From Zootoca vivipara (Eukaryota): a stretch of DNA of 64,000 nt. A program made the translations under genes and the position numbers. The notes beneath the pieces were generated by a model. It saw only the letters and a list, made by a program, of their open reading frames with translations. It did no database searches and was not told the origin of the DNA. This document shows, piece after piece, positions 43,608 to 55,464 of this stretch (position 1 is the first letter of the stretch; each line of letters starts with the position of its first letter). The stretch is from contig NC_083276.1 of the NCBI RefSeq assembly GCF_963506605.1, positions 62,001-126,000 of the forward strand, written 5' to 3'.

Positions 43608-43969
43608 TATTTGCAGCAAGTTCTTGAATTGTTTGAAGTTGATTTGTCAGTGAAATCTCAGCAGGGCCCTTTAGGGCTGGATCTCAGCTGCTGGTCAAGC
43701 TACACTCCTGAAGCTACTTAGTCCTGCTTAGCTCTTTCAAGAGTCCATCCCAAAACAAGCCCAAAACTGTTCCACAAACCAGAGGCCCAGCCATTTCAGC
43801 ATCTTTGTTGTGTTCTGCCAAGGGCAGCTGCTCTTTCTGGATTCGAAGGCAATAAAAATGCTTGGGGTGACGACCACACGTTACTCATATGCAGCAAGAA
43901 TGAAGCACAACAAGTCGCTTAGCCAGCCTGCAGAATGCATTATGTGTAATGCACAGGACTAGCCTGCCT

Positions 43970-44306
43970 AAAGGTAAAGGTAAAAGGGACCCCTGACCAT
44001 TAGGCCCAGTCACGAACGACTCTGGGGTTGCGGCACTCATCTTGCTGGTGTACAGCTTCCAGGTCATGTGGCCGGCATGACAAAGCCGCTTCTTGCAAAC
44101 CAGAGCAGCGCATGGAAACGCCGTTTACCTTCCCGCCAGAGCGGTACCTATTTATCTACTTGCACTTTGATGTGCTTTCGAACTGCTAGGTTGGCAGGAG
44201 CAGGGACTGCGCAATGGGAGCTCACCCCGTCACAGGGATTCGAACCGCCGACCTTCTGATCAGCAAGCCCTAGGCTCTGGTTTAACCCACAGTGCCACCT
44301 GCGTCC
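43970..44306 (-). mobile_element. Sauria SINE
   Basis: AAAGGTAAAGGTAAAAGGGACCCCTGACCATTAGG...GGGATTCGAACCGCCGACC...GCCACCTGCGTCC; homologous to 14245-14595. Confidence 0.9.
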
Positions 44307-44746
44307 TAACCTGCATACAGAATGTTAAAGCACAAAGACTAACAGGGTAATGCTCAGCACCCTACTTGGAGTGCCACCAGTGTGTCCAGCCCCAACTTAC
44401 AGGATACCAGGCAAAGCAAGAAGCCCTTTTCCTAGATTGGGTTTCTATATTAAGGCATGAAACAGCACACTTAATAGCAAAGTATCCGACTTCCAGGCAA
44501 GACCTTACTGCTTACGGCTCTTTAGTAGTTCAGAACCTTGGACAGCAATGGACGTGGCCCCTCGCAGTCAGCGGCAGCATCTCCACCAGCCCTGGGCCTT
44601 TCCTTTAAGCTTTGCATCTGGCTTGCAGAGTTTGAGCTGAGTTGAAGTCTTCCCGTTCTGTCTGGCTCCCTGGCTCCTGCTCACACAGTGTCGCACTGTC
44701 AGGAAAGGGGCATGTTAGTTGCACTGTGGTTACAAAGCATGAGGTA

Positions 44747-44937
44747 CCGTATTTACTTAAGTCTAATGCGTCATTGGATCTAATGCGCACCTCAATTTTC
44801 AGAACCTTGAAACAAAACAAAACAAAATTTGCTGGCAAATGTAAATGTGTCATCGAGTCTAATGCGCACCTAAATATTCACAATGTGATTTTGCAAAAAA
44901 AAAAAAAAAGGTGTGCATTAGATTCGAATTAATATGG
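44747..44937. mobile_element. Tc1/mariner-pogo (Tigger-like) MITE
   Basis: TA-flanked imperfect TIRs CCGTATTTACTTAAGTCTAATGCG / TGCATTAGATTCGAATTAATATGG; internal repeats of TCTAATGCGCACCT. Confidence 0.7.
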
Positions 44938-45549
44938 TAATTAGGGCATATTCAATGTGGTGTGATAATTGAGATTTGAACACAAAAGTCAGATAAACAA
45001 GTGTTATTTTGCTTTGTTAGGAGACATGGAAGAATGGAGTTAGTAAGGGATGTATAATGTAACAAGTGTTTAGGGTAAAGCCACATTTCCCCTGAGTGCT
45101 TACTGGAAGGACAGATTCTGAAGCACACTGTCCAACCATCTCGTCCTCTGTCGTCCCCTTCTCCTAGTGCCCTCCATCTTTCCCAACATCAAGGTCTTTT
45201 CCAGGGAGTCTTCTCTTCTCATGCGGTGGCCAAAGTATTGGATCCTCAGCTTCAGGATCTGTCCTTCCAGTGAGCACTCAGGGCTGATTTCCTTCAGAAT
45301 GGATAGGTTTGATCTTCTTGCAGTCCACGGGACTCTCAAGAGTCTCCTCCAGCACCATAATTCAAAAGCATCAATTCTTTGGCGATCAGCCTTCTTGATG
45401 GTCCAGCTCTCACTTCCACACATCACTACTGGGAAAACCATAGCTTTAACTATACGGACCTTTGTCGCCAAGGTGATGTCTCTGCTTTGTAAGATGCTGT
45501 CTAGGTTTGTCATTGCTTTTCTCCCAAGAATCAGGCGTCTTTTAATTTC

Positions 45550-46983
45550 TTTTTTCTTTTTTAAATCATTTTTATTAGTTTTCCAATGAAAGAATACAGA
45601 ATAAAATACAAGCAAAGAACACATTAGAAAGAAAAGAAAAATACAGATAAAAATACATCAAAAAACATAAAAATACAAAAAACTTTTTACATCCTTTACT
45701 AATATAATTCTTGTATCAGTGACTTCCTCCTTCCCTCCCTCCTCGTTTCTAGTAATAACTATATCAGCGCTCTCATTTTCAACATTCTTCACTTTTTCTA
45801 ATACCAAACATCATATAATTATTATCAACTGCATTCTTCTCATAATTCTTTACTCTTATACATTAAATCGTATATACTTAAAAAACACATGTCTTTCTCC
45901 TTACTTCTTTAAACTAATGCTTCTATAGTTTCTTTGTACTTCCACTCCCTTGCTACCCAGTTTTTATCTTATAATTCTTTTCCAGATATGTCTTAAATTT
46001 CTTCCAGTCTTCTTCTGTCTTCTCTCTTCCTCTGTCGCGGATTCTCCCAGTCAGTTCAGACAGTTCCATATATGCTATCAACTTCATCTGCCATTCATCA
46101 ATCGTCGGAAGATCTTCTGTTTTCCAAGTCCTTGCTAATACAATTCTAGCAGGTGTTGTGGCATACAGAAAAAAGTAATGTCTTTCTTTGGCAACGATAC
46201 CGAGTAAAAAGGCCTCTGGTTTTTTGACAAATGTGTTTTTAAACACCTTCTTCAACTCATTATAAATCTTATCCCAGAAGCTTTTCACTCGGGGGCAGGT
46301 CCACCATATATGGAAAAAGGTCCCTTCCGATTCTTTACATTTCCAACACTTATTGTCTTTTTTATGATAAATCTTTGCCAATTTCACTGGCGTAAGATAC
46401 CATCTATACATCATCTTATATAGATTTTCTTTCAAAACATTACAAGCAGTGAAATTCATGTTACATTTCCAAAACCTTTCCCAGTCTTCTATCATAATAT
46501 TATGACCTATATCCTTTGCCCAATCAATCATAACCGATTTTGTTTGTTCATCCTTGTATGCCATTCCAACAACAATTTATACATTCTTGACAAATTTTTA
46601 GCCTTGGGTTCTAACAATTCTGTTTCCAATTTAGACTTTTCACGTTGAAAACCAATTTTCTTATCTATTCTATACAATTCATTAATCTGATGATACTGCA
46701 ACCAATCACACAATTGATCTTTTATCTGGTCATATGGTTTTAACTTTATCTGTTCATCCACTTCTGTTAATAAATCCTTATATTTTAACAATTTTTCTTC
46801 CATATTCAACTTTTTCTTGGTTTTTGCCTCTAGGGTGATATCCACCTGGGTGTTTTCCTTTCTATCAGATCTTTATATCTAATCCAAACATTAAACAACA
46901 ATTTTCTTATAATATGACATTTAAAACCATAATGAACCTTGACCTTGTTGTACCAAAGATATGCGTGCCAACCAAATGCCAAC
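45550..46983 (-). mobile_element. L1/Tx1-clade LINE, 5'-truncated, inserted in BovB
   Basis: ORF2 C-terminus KMMYRWYLTPVKL..KCWKCKESEGTFFHIWWTCPRVKSFW (CCHC knuckle); AT-rich 3' UTR with AATAAA and an A-rich tail; 18-bp TSD CAGGCGTCTTTTAATTTC at 45532-45549 and 46984-47001. Confidence 0.92.
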
Positions 46984-48099
46984 CAGGCGTCTTTTAATTT
47001 CGTGACTGCTGTCACCATCTGCAGTGATCAAGGAGCCCAGGAAAGTAAAATCTCTCACTGCCTCCATTTCTTCCCCTTCTATTTGTCAGGAGGTGATGGG
47101 ACCAGTGGCCATGATCTTAGTTTTTTTGATGTTGAGCTTCAGACCATATTTTGGACTCTCCTCTTTCACCCTCATTAAAAGGTTCTTTAATTCCTCCTCA
47201 ATTTCTGCCATCAAGGTTGGGTCATCAGCATATCTGAGGTTGTTGATATTTATTCCGGCAATCTTAATTCCAGCTTGGGGTTCATCCAGTCCAGCCTTTT
47301 GCATGATGAGTTCTGCATATAACTTAAATAAGCAGGGAGACAATATATAGAACCTTGTCGTACACCTTTCCCAATTTTGAACCAATCAGTTATTCCATAT
47401 CCAGTTCTTACTGTAGCTTCTTGTCCCACATAGAGATTTCTCAGGAGACAGATGAGGTGATCAGGCACTCCCATTTCTTTAAGAACTTGCCATAGTTTGC
47501 TGTGGTCGACACAGTCAAATACTTTTGCATAGTCAATGAAGCAGAAGTATTTATTTTTCTGGAACTCTCTTGCTTTCTCCATAATCCATCGCATGTTTGC
47601 TATTTGGTCTCTGGTTCCTCTGCCCCTTTGAAATGCAGAATTTTAAGCATAACCTTGCTAGCGTGTGAAATGAGCGCAATTGTGTGGTAGTTGGAGCATT
47701 CTTTGGCACTGCCCTTCTTTGGAATTGGGATGTAGACTGATCTTCTCCAATCCTCTGGCCATTGCTGAGTTTTCCAAACTTGCTGGCATATTGAGTGTAG
47801 CACCTTAACAGCATCATCTTTTAAAATTTTAAATAGTTCAGCTGGAATACCATCACTTCCACTGGCCTTGTTATTTGCAGTGCTTTCTAACGCCCATTTG
47901 ACTTCACTCTCCAAGATGTCTGGCTCAAGGTCAGCAACCACACTACCTGGGGTGTACGAGACCTCCATATCTTTCTGGTATTATTCCTCTGTGTATTCTT
48001 GCCACTTCTTCTTCATGTCTTCTGCTTCTGTTTCTTTCTACTTTTGTCCTTTATTATGGTAATCTTTGTATGAAATGTTCCTTTCATGTCTCCAATTTT

Positions 48100-48255
48100 A
48101 CTTTTAGCAGACAACTGAAGGCGGCCCTGTTTAGGGAAGTTTTTAATGTTTAATGCTGTACTGTTTTAATATTCGGTTGGAAGCCGCCCAGAGTGGCTGG
48201 GGAAACCCAGCCAGATGGGTGGGGTATAATAAATTATTATTATTATTATTATTAT
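48100..48255 (+). mobile_element. L2 3' tail inserted in BovB
   Basis: GAAGGCGGCCCTGTTTAGGGAAG...GCCGCCCAGAGTGGCTGGGGAAACCCAGCCAGATGGG...(TTA)n interrupts the BovB sequence CCAATTTT|TTGAACAGATCTC. Confidence 0.85.
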
Positions 48256-49399
48256 TGAACAGATCTCTGGTTTTCCCCATTCTATTGTTTCCCTCTATTT
48301 CTTTGCATTGCTCATTTAAGAAGACCCTCTTGTCTCTCCTTGCTATTTTTTGGAAATCTGTATTTTGCTTGCCTCCTCTCCCCCACTATTTGTAAGGCCT
48401 TGTTGAACAGCCATTTTGCTTTCTTGCATTTCCTTTTCCTTGGGATGGTTTTCGTTGCTGCCTCCTGTATAATGTTACGAGCCTCCATCCATAATTCTTC
48501 AGGCACTCTGTCCACCAAATCTAAAGCTTTAAACTTGTACCTCACTTCCACTGAGTATTCATAAGGGAGTTGATTTAGATTGTGTCTTACTGGTCCAGTG
48601 GTTTTTCCTACTTTCTTCATTTTAAGCTGGAATTAAGCTGATGATCTGAGCCACAGTCAAGTCCAGGTCTTGTTTTTGCTGACTGTATAGAGCTTCTCCA
48701 TCTTTGGCTGCAGAGAATATAATCAATCTGATTTCGATACTGCCCATTTGGTGATATCCATGTGTAGAGTAGTCTCTTGTGTTATATATATATCTATATA
48801 TATAAAAATATATATATAGATATATATATAAAGCTTTAAAACCTACTGAGTTGTGTGAATATATCATAGTGTGATCCATGACATCAGTCCAGCTGCTTAA
48901 GCAGTTGGGAATACATCACTGTGTGATCTATGACATCAATTTAGCTTCTTAAGCAAGAAACCAGAAAATCTTAGCTTTCTTTTTTTAGAGTGTTATTATA
49001 GTCCTTATGCTTTAAAAGAACACGGTTGCTCTTACAAGTCTGATTCATGGGGCTCAGATACTGTATAATTGTACAGATTTCCTAATTTTCTCCCCTTGAG
49101 TTCATAAATTCTCAGCTTAAATTTACATACACATATTTCAATGCACTGAAATTGGGGTGTGTGTGTGAGGTAACAAACTTTGGTTCACACAGATCCAAGC
49201 TCAGATATTCTGAGTTTAACTACATTGTACTAAACTTTGATTTTGTGTACCATTCTCGGATGGCACTACAGTATTCATTCCACCAGCATTGTTAGGCTTA
49301 TGAGAAGTGGGATTTTGTAGCGCAAAGCCTAGAAGAACTGAATGCAGTAGTTTTAGGAATCCCCTCGGGAACTTTGAGAAGAAGATGCAGAGTTTGAGG

Positions 49400-49830
49400 C
49401 AGAAATGCTACTGTGGCGCTGCTGCTGCTCTGGGAAGGAGAGGGGGGAAGGGGGCTGGGAGCCTCCCGCCTTCCTTCTGCCCCTGGGCGAGCTGACCTGG
49501 CACCCCGCGCCACCCAGCCTGGGCCTAGACTGAGACTGCCCTGCCTAGGCGAACCCTCGGGCGGGGGAAGCGCGCCGCGCCAGCAGCTCTTGATGCTTGT
49601 ACTGCCGCGTTGCGCGCGTGCGTCCGCGTGCCGGGCTCCCCACTCGCCGCCCCTTCGCCGCTGCCGAGCGCAGGTCAGGAGAGGAGAGAAGGAAGGGGTG
49701 CAGTCCTTCTCCTGCATTGCTCGGCTCCCGGGAGCGAGGACGTTGGCAGGGGCTGATTGTCGCCGCCTGCAGCTAGTGCGGCCGGTGAGTCGCCAGCGCG
49801 AGAGAAAGAGAGGAGGAGGGGCGGGGCGGG

Positions 49831-49877
<47 letters not shown>

Positions 49878-50800
49878 AACCCGGGGGGCGCGCGCTCCTC
49901 CCCCTGCCTTGCCGGAGGGCGCGACGGGGAGCTGCAGGGAGGGCGCGGCGCGGCGGGCGGGAACGCCGAACTCGCGCTCCGCCGGGCTTCTGCTCCACCT
50001 CCCCCCGCCGGCACTGCCGCTCTCGGCCACAGCTGCGCGGCCCCCCCTGCCTACGCCCATGGCCACAACCCAGACAGGACCATGGCCTTTGGTTCCTCAG
50101 AAGGACTGAGTTGCATTGGAACAACATCCACTTTGCCAGAAAGGGCATAAGCAGGGCAGGCAGCTGGTGAACGGCCAAATTCCCCACTCCATGTTGGTTG
50201 CAGAAGACGTGTGAGCCGACTGTGACCCAAGGAAGCCTCTCCTCCCAGACAGACGTGGGGACGGAGCCATTCCAAATGTGTTACGAGTACGGTACTTCCT
50301 ATGAGATAGAAATGTACCTACAGAATAAAGGATTTATTTCTGCCTAGATATTGCTTATTTATGTAGCCAAAGCCATTACAAAGCAAGACACATAGAAACA
50401 AAACAAAATACACCACACAATTAAACTAAGAAGAATTTCACTGAGCATCCCCACAAACCTCTCATTAAAGGCGAAGCACCCCCCCCCTTTGAGAAGTGCA
50501 AAGGGAGCGTGGCCTAATGGAAAGAAAGCACGAATGGAAAGAAAGCGCGGAGGGGCGGGAAGCCAAGAAGTGGCTCTCGCGCTTCTGCCCCGCCAATGGC
50601 CGCGTCCGAAGATTCCCCACCCTTTTCTTCATTTTGCCTGAGGCACTGAAAAGGGCAGGAAGAAGACGGCGAAGAGCGCCATGGCGGGGCGTCGGCGGGT
50701 GTCCCTTGCGCCCTTCGCGGGTCCCTCAAAGTTATCCCACAGAAGTCGAGGAGGGCCCGGGCCCCAAACAAGCAAGTCTGCGGCCCCTCAGGCGGGCAGC
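49400..50800 (+). promoter_or_regulatory. CpG island with probable non-coding first exon of an unidentified gene
   Basis: Two CpG-rich lobes (49410-50060 and 50500-50800); strong donor CCG|GTGAGT at 49785; (CT)n at 49836-49875; GC box and CCAAT at 50552-50598. No recognisable coding exon downstream within the window. Confidence 0.55.
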
Positions 50801-51482
50801 CCACCTGTGCCCCTGCCTGCACCCAGCAGAGGAGCTGGTCCCCCCACCTCATAGTGGAAACTATAAGCAAGTGTGAGGAGGCAAGGAGACGAATCCCAGC
50901 AGCCATGGACAGCCAGGACAGGCTCCCACAGAAGCCCTGGACTGGATAGTCGAAGGGCTGAAGGAAAGAAAGGAAGGAAGACATTCTCCCTGGTTACTTC
51001 CAAGCCTACAGGAGCTTTGGGTGTTTGGTCTGGCTTGTTTTGGGTGCCACAGGACTCCTCTGGTGCCTCTCCAAGAGTCGGATGCAGCAGCATCAGATGG
51101 GTGCCATTTGAAGACTTGTCATCTGGACTCTGCCCTGTGGGTCGTGCCCACTCCTGAACCCAGAAAGCACCAGGGGTCCTCCTCCTCGTCAGCTGCTGGT
51201 GGCCTCTCTTGCCTCGTCCACTGGCCCCCACCCGCCCCATCTGACTACCTTTCAGGCACAAAATCTACCGTAACTCCTCTGTGGGGAGATAATGTCATGT
51301 TCCCCCTGTCAAGAGCAGAGATTTAGAAATAATCACCAGTATGAAAGTGCTTATGTCATTTGAGTAGGATTAGGCTGAAATAGAAACCATGGAGATGAGG
51401 AATTCTATCTCTCGCAATCAAATTAAAGCGTTTCTGCCTTTTGTGAAATGCCAGGCTTCATTTGCCTTAATAGGTTGTGACA

Positions 51483-54400
51483 CCCCTTCATGGATCAATG
51501 CCTTGTCGTGGCGAAGGGGCTTGAATAACTCAGAGAAGCTATGAGCTATGCCATGCAGGGCCACCCAAGATGGACAGGTCATAGTGGAGAGTTTTGACTA
51601 AACGTGATCCACCTGGAGAAGGAACTGGCAAGCCACTCCAGTAACCCTGCCAAGAAAACTCCATGGACAAAGACAACAGGCATATAAAAGTTATGACGCT
51701 GGAAGATGAGCCCCTCAGGTCGGAAGGCGTCCAACATGCTACTGAGGAAGAGCGGAGGACAAGTACAAGTAGATTCAGAGCTGATGAAGCGGCTGGGCCA
51801 AAGCCGAAAGGACGCTCAGTTGCGGATATGCCTGGAAGCGAAAGGAAAGTCCGATGCTGTAAAGAAAAATATTGCATAGGAACCTGGAATGTAAGAACCA
51901 TGAATGGAGGTAAGCTGGATGTGGTCAAAAATGAGATGACAAGAATAAATATCGACATCCTGGGCATCAGTGAACTAAAATGGAAGGGAATGGGCGAATT
52001 CAGTTCGGATGACTATCATATCTACTACTGTGGGCAAGAATCCCGTAGTAGAAATGGAGTGGCCCTCATAGTCAACAAAAGAGTGGCAAAAGCTGTAATG
52101 GGATGCAATCTCAAAAATGACAGAATGATCTCGATACGAATCCAAGGCAGACCTTTTAACATCACAGTAATCCAAGTTTATGCACCAACTACCGGTGCTG
52201 AAGAAAGTGAAATTGACCAATTCTATGAAGACCTACAACACCTTCTAGAAATGACACCAAAGAAGGATGTTCTTCTCATTACAGGGGATTGGAATGCTAA
52301 AGTAGGGAATCAAGAGATAAAAGGAACAACTGGCAAGTTTGGCCTGGGAGTTCAAAATGAAGCAGGGCAAAGGCTAATAGAGTTCTGTCAAGAGAACAAG
52401 CTGGTCATCACAAACACTCTCTTCCAACAACACAAGAGACGACTCTACACATGGATATCACCAAATGGGCAGCATCGAAATCAGATTGATTATATTCTCT
52501 GCAGCCAAAGATGGAGAAGCTCTATACAGTCAGCAAAAACAAGACCTGGAGCTGACTGTAACTCAGATCATCAGCTTCTTATAGCAAAATTCCAGCTTAA
52601 ACTGAAGAAAGTAGGAAAAACCACTGGGCCAGTAAGATACAATCTGAATCAAATCCCTTATGAATACACAGTGGAAGTGAGGAACAGGTTTAAGGATTTA
52701 GATTTGGTGGACAGAGTGCCTGAAGAACTATGGATGGAGGCTCGTAACATTATACAGGAGGCAGCAACGAAAACCATCCCAAGGAAAAGGAAATGCAAGA
52801 AAGCAAAATGGTTGTCCAACGAGGCCTTACAAATAGCGGAGGAGAGGAGGCAAGCAAAATGCAAGGGAGATAGGGAAAGATACAGGAAACTGAATGCAGA
52901 TTTCCAAAAAAACAGCAAGGAGAGACAAGAGGGTCTTCTTAAATGAGCAATGCAAAGAAATAGAGGAAAACAATAGAATGGGGAAAACCAGAGATCTGTT
53001 CAAGAAAATTGGAGATATGAAAGGAACATTTCGTACAAAGATTACCATAATCAAGGACAAAAGTGGTAAGGACCTAACAGAAGCAGAAGACATCAAGAAG
53101 AGGTGGCAAGAATACACGGAGGAATTATACCAGAAAGATATGGAGGTCTTGTACACCCCAGGTAGTGTGGTTGCTGACCTTGAGCCAGACATCTTGGAGA
53201 GTGAAGTCAAATGGGCCTTAGAAAGCACTGCTAATAACAAGGCCAGTGGAAGTGATGATATTCCAGCTGAACTATTTAAAATTTTAAAAGATGATGCTGT
53301 TAAGGTGCTACACCCAATATGCCAGCAAGTTTGGAAAACTCAGCAATGGCCAGAGGATTGGAGAAGATCAGTCTACATCCCAATTCCAAAGAAGGGCAGT
53401 GCCAAAGAATGCTCCAACTACCGCACAATTGCGCTCATTTCACACGCTAGCAAGGTTATGCTTAAAATTCTACAAGGCAGGCTTAGGCAGTATGTGGACC
53501 GAGAACTCCCAGAAGTGCAAGCTGGATTTCGAAAGGGCAGAGGAACCAGAGACCAAATAGCAAACATGCGCTGGATTATGGAGAAAGCTAGAGAGTTCCA
53601 GAAAAACGTCTACTTCTGCTTCATTGACTATGCAAAAGCCTTTGACTGTGTCGACCACAGCAAACTATGGCAAGTTCTTAAAGAAATGGGAGTGCCTGAT
53701 CACCTCATCTGTCTCCTGAGAAATCTCTATGTGGGACAAGAAGCTACAGTTAGAACTGGATATGGAACAACTGAGTGGTTCAAAATTGGGAAAGGAGTAC
53801 GACAAGGTTGTATATTGTCTCCCTGCTTATTTAACTTATATGCAGAATTCATCATGCGAAAGGCTGGACTAGATGAATCCCAAGCCGGAATTAAGATTGC
53901 CGGAAGAAATATCAACAACCTCAGATATGCAGATGACACAACCTTGATGGCAGAAAGCGAGGAGGAATTAAAGAACCTTTTAATGAGGGTGAAAGAGGAG
54001 AGCGCAAAATATGGTCTGAAGCTCAACATCAAAAAAACCAAGATCATGGCCACTGGTCCCATCACCTCCTGGCAAATAGAAGGGGAAGAAATGGAGGCAG
54101 TGAGAGATTTTACCTTCTTGGGCTCCTTGATCACTGCAGATGGTGACAGCAGTCACGAAATTAAAAGACGCCTGCTTCTTGGGAGAAAAGCAATGACAAA
54201 CCTAGACAGCATCTTAAAAAGCAGAGACATCACCTTGCCGACAAAGGTCCGTATAGTTAAAGCTATGGTTTTCCCAGTAGTGATGTATGGAAGTGAGAGC
54301 TGGACCATAAAGAAGGCTGATCGCCGAAGAATTGATGCTTTTGAATTATGGTGCTGGAGGAGACTCTTGAGAGTCCCATGGACTGCAAGAAGATCAAACC

Positions 54401-54704
54401 TATCCATTCTTAAGGAAATCAGCCCTGAGTGCTCCCTGGAAGGACAGATCATGAAGCTCAGGCTCCAATACTTTGGCCACCTCATGAGAAGAGAAGAATC
54501 CTTGGAAAAGACCCTGATGTTGGGAAAGATTGAGGGCACTAGGAGAAGGGGACGACAGAGGACAAGATGGTTGGACAGTGTTCTCGAAGCTACGAACATG
54601 AGTTTGACCAAATTGCGGGAGGCAGTGCAAGACAGGAGTGCCTGGCGTGCTATGGTCCATGGGGTCACGAAGAGTCGGACACGACTAAACGACTAAACAA
54701 CAAC
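51483..54704 (+). mobile_element. Full-length BovB (RTE-clade) LINE, 3222 bp, one frameshift
   Basis: APE domain (IGTWNVRTMN, ILGISELKW, IQVYAPT, GDWNAKVG, NQIDYIL, SDHQLL) in 51663-52946 and RT (FIDYAKAFD, GVRQGCILSP, LRYADDTT) in 52894-54696; (CAA)n tail; 11-bp TSD AGGTTGTGACA at 51472-51482 and 54705-54715. Confidence 0.97.
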
Positions 54705-55049
54705 AGGTTGTGACAACTTAGGCTTTGGTGAAATCCTCTTAGTAAGAATGTTAGGTGGCTTCTTTGTTCTCCACCCTGTAATCATGGAGCTAAGAACAAA
54801 GGTGACATCTCTTGCCTTTGTAGAAGCACTAATAGCGCCTTGTGCAAGTGTGGAATAGTTTTAGCTTTTGCATAGTCATATCCGTTTCTCAATGTATGCA
54901 GCATGCAACTCTGGATAACCTGAATTAAGAAAGAAGGATTACGGGGGGGAAAGACCCCAAAGTTTCAAGCAGTGTGATACCAAGGTTTTGTGAAGTCAGG
55001 AGTCCTGCAAGGGGCACCCAGGCATATAGTGCTTACTCTTGAAATGAGC

Positions 55050-55415
55050 CACCTGCTGCAAATTTCATACATTACTCCAATGAAACATCAGGAACAACTA
55101 CTGGGTAAGATCCCATGGTCAGAAATACTCAGAGAGAATTGATTGGTGGTCCAAGATTGATGGGAGTTTCCTTAAGATGAAAAAATATTGAAGGTCCAAA
55201 TGCAGGCAATTCCAACAAGAAATAAAAGTGGGAGGCATCTAAGGAAACCTGTGTGGCTGCATAAGGAGCTGACAGATGAACTGAGAGTTAAGGGAATGTA
55301 TAAGAAATGGAAGAACAGAGAAATCACAAAGGAGGAGTATACACAAGTAGCCAACAGATGTATGGTGAATGTCAGGCGGGCTAAAGCTCAGTATGAGCGC
55401 AGGCTTGCAAGAGAG

Positions 55416-55464
<49 letters not shown>

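Larger units (their letters stand above)
45090..48783 (-). mobile_element. Decayed BovB carrying two nested insertions
   Basis: BovB segments at 45125-45549, 46984-48099 and 48256-48783 are colinear with the full-length copy (NINNLRYADD, KKGSAKECSNY, DLVDRVPEELW), with frameshifts and internal deletions. Confidence 0.92.
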
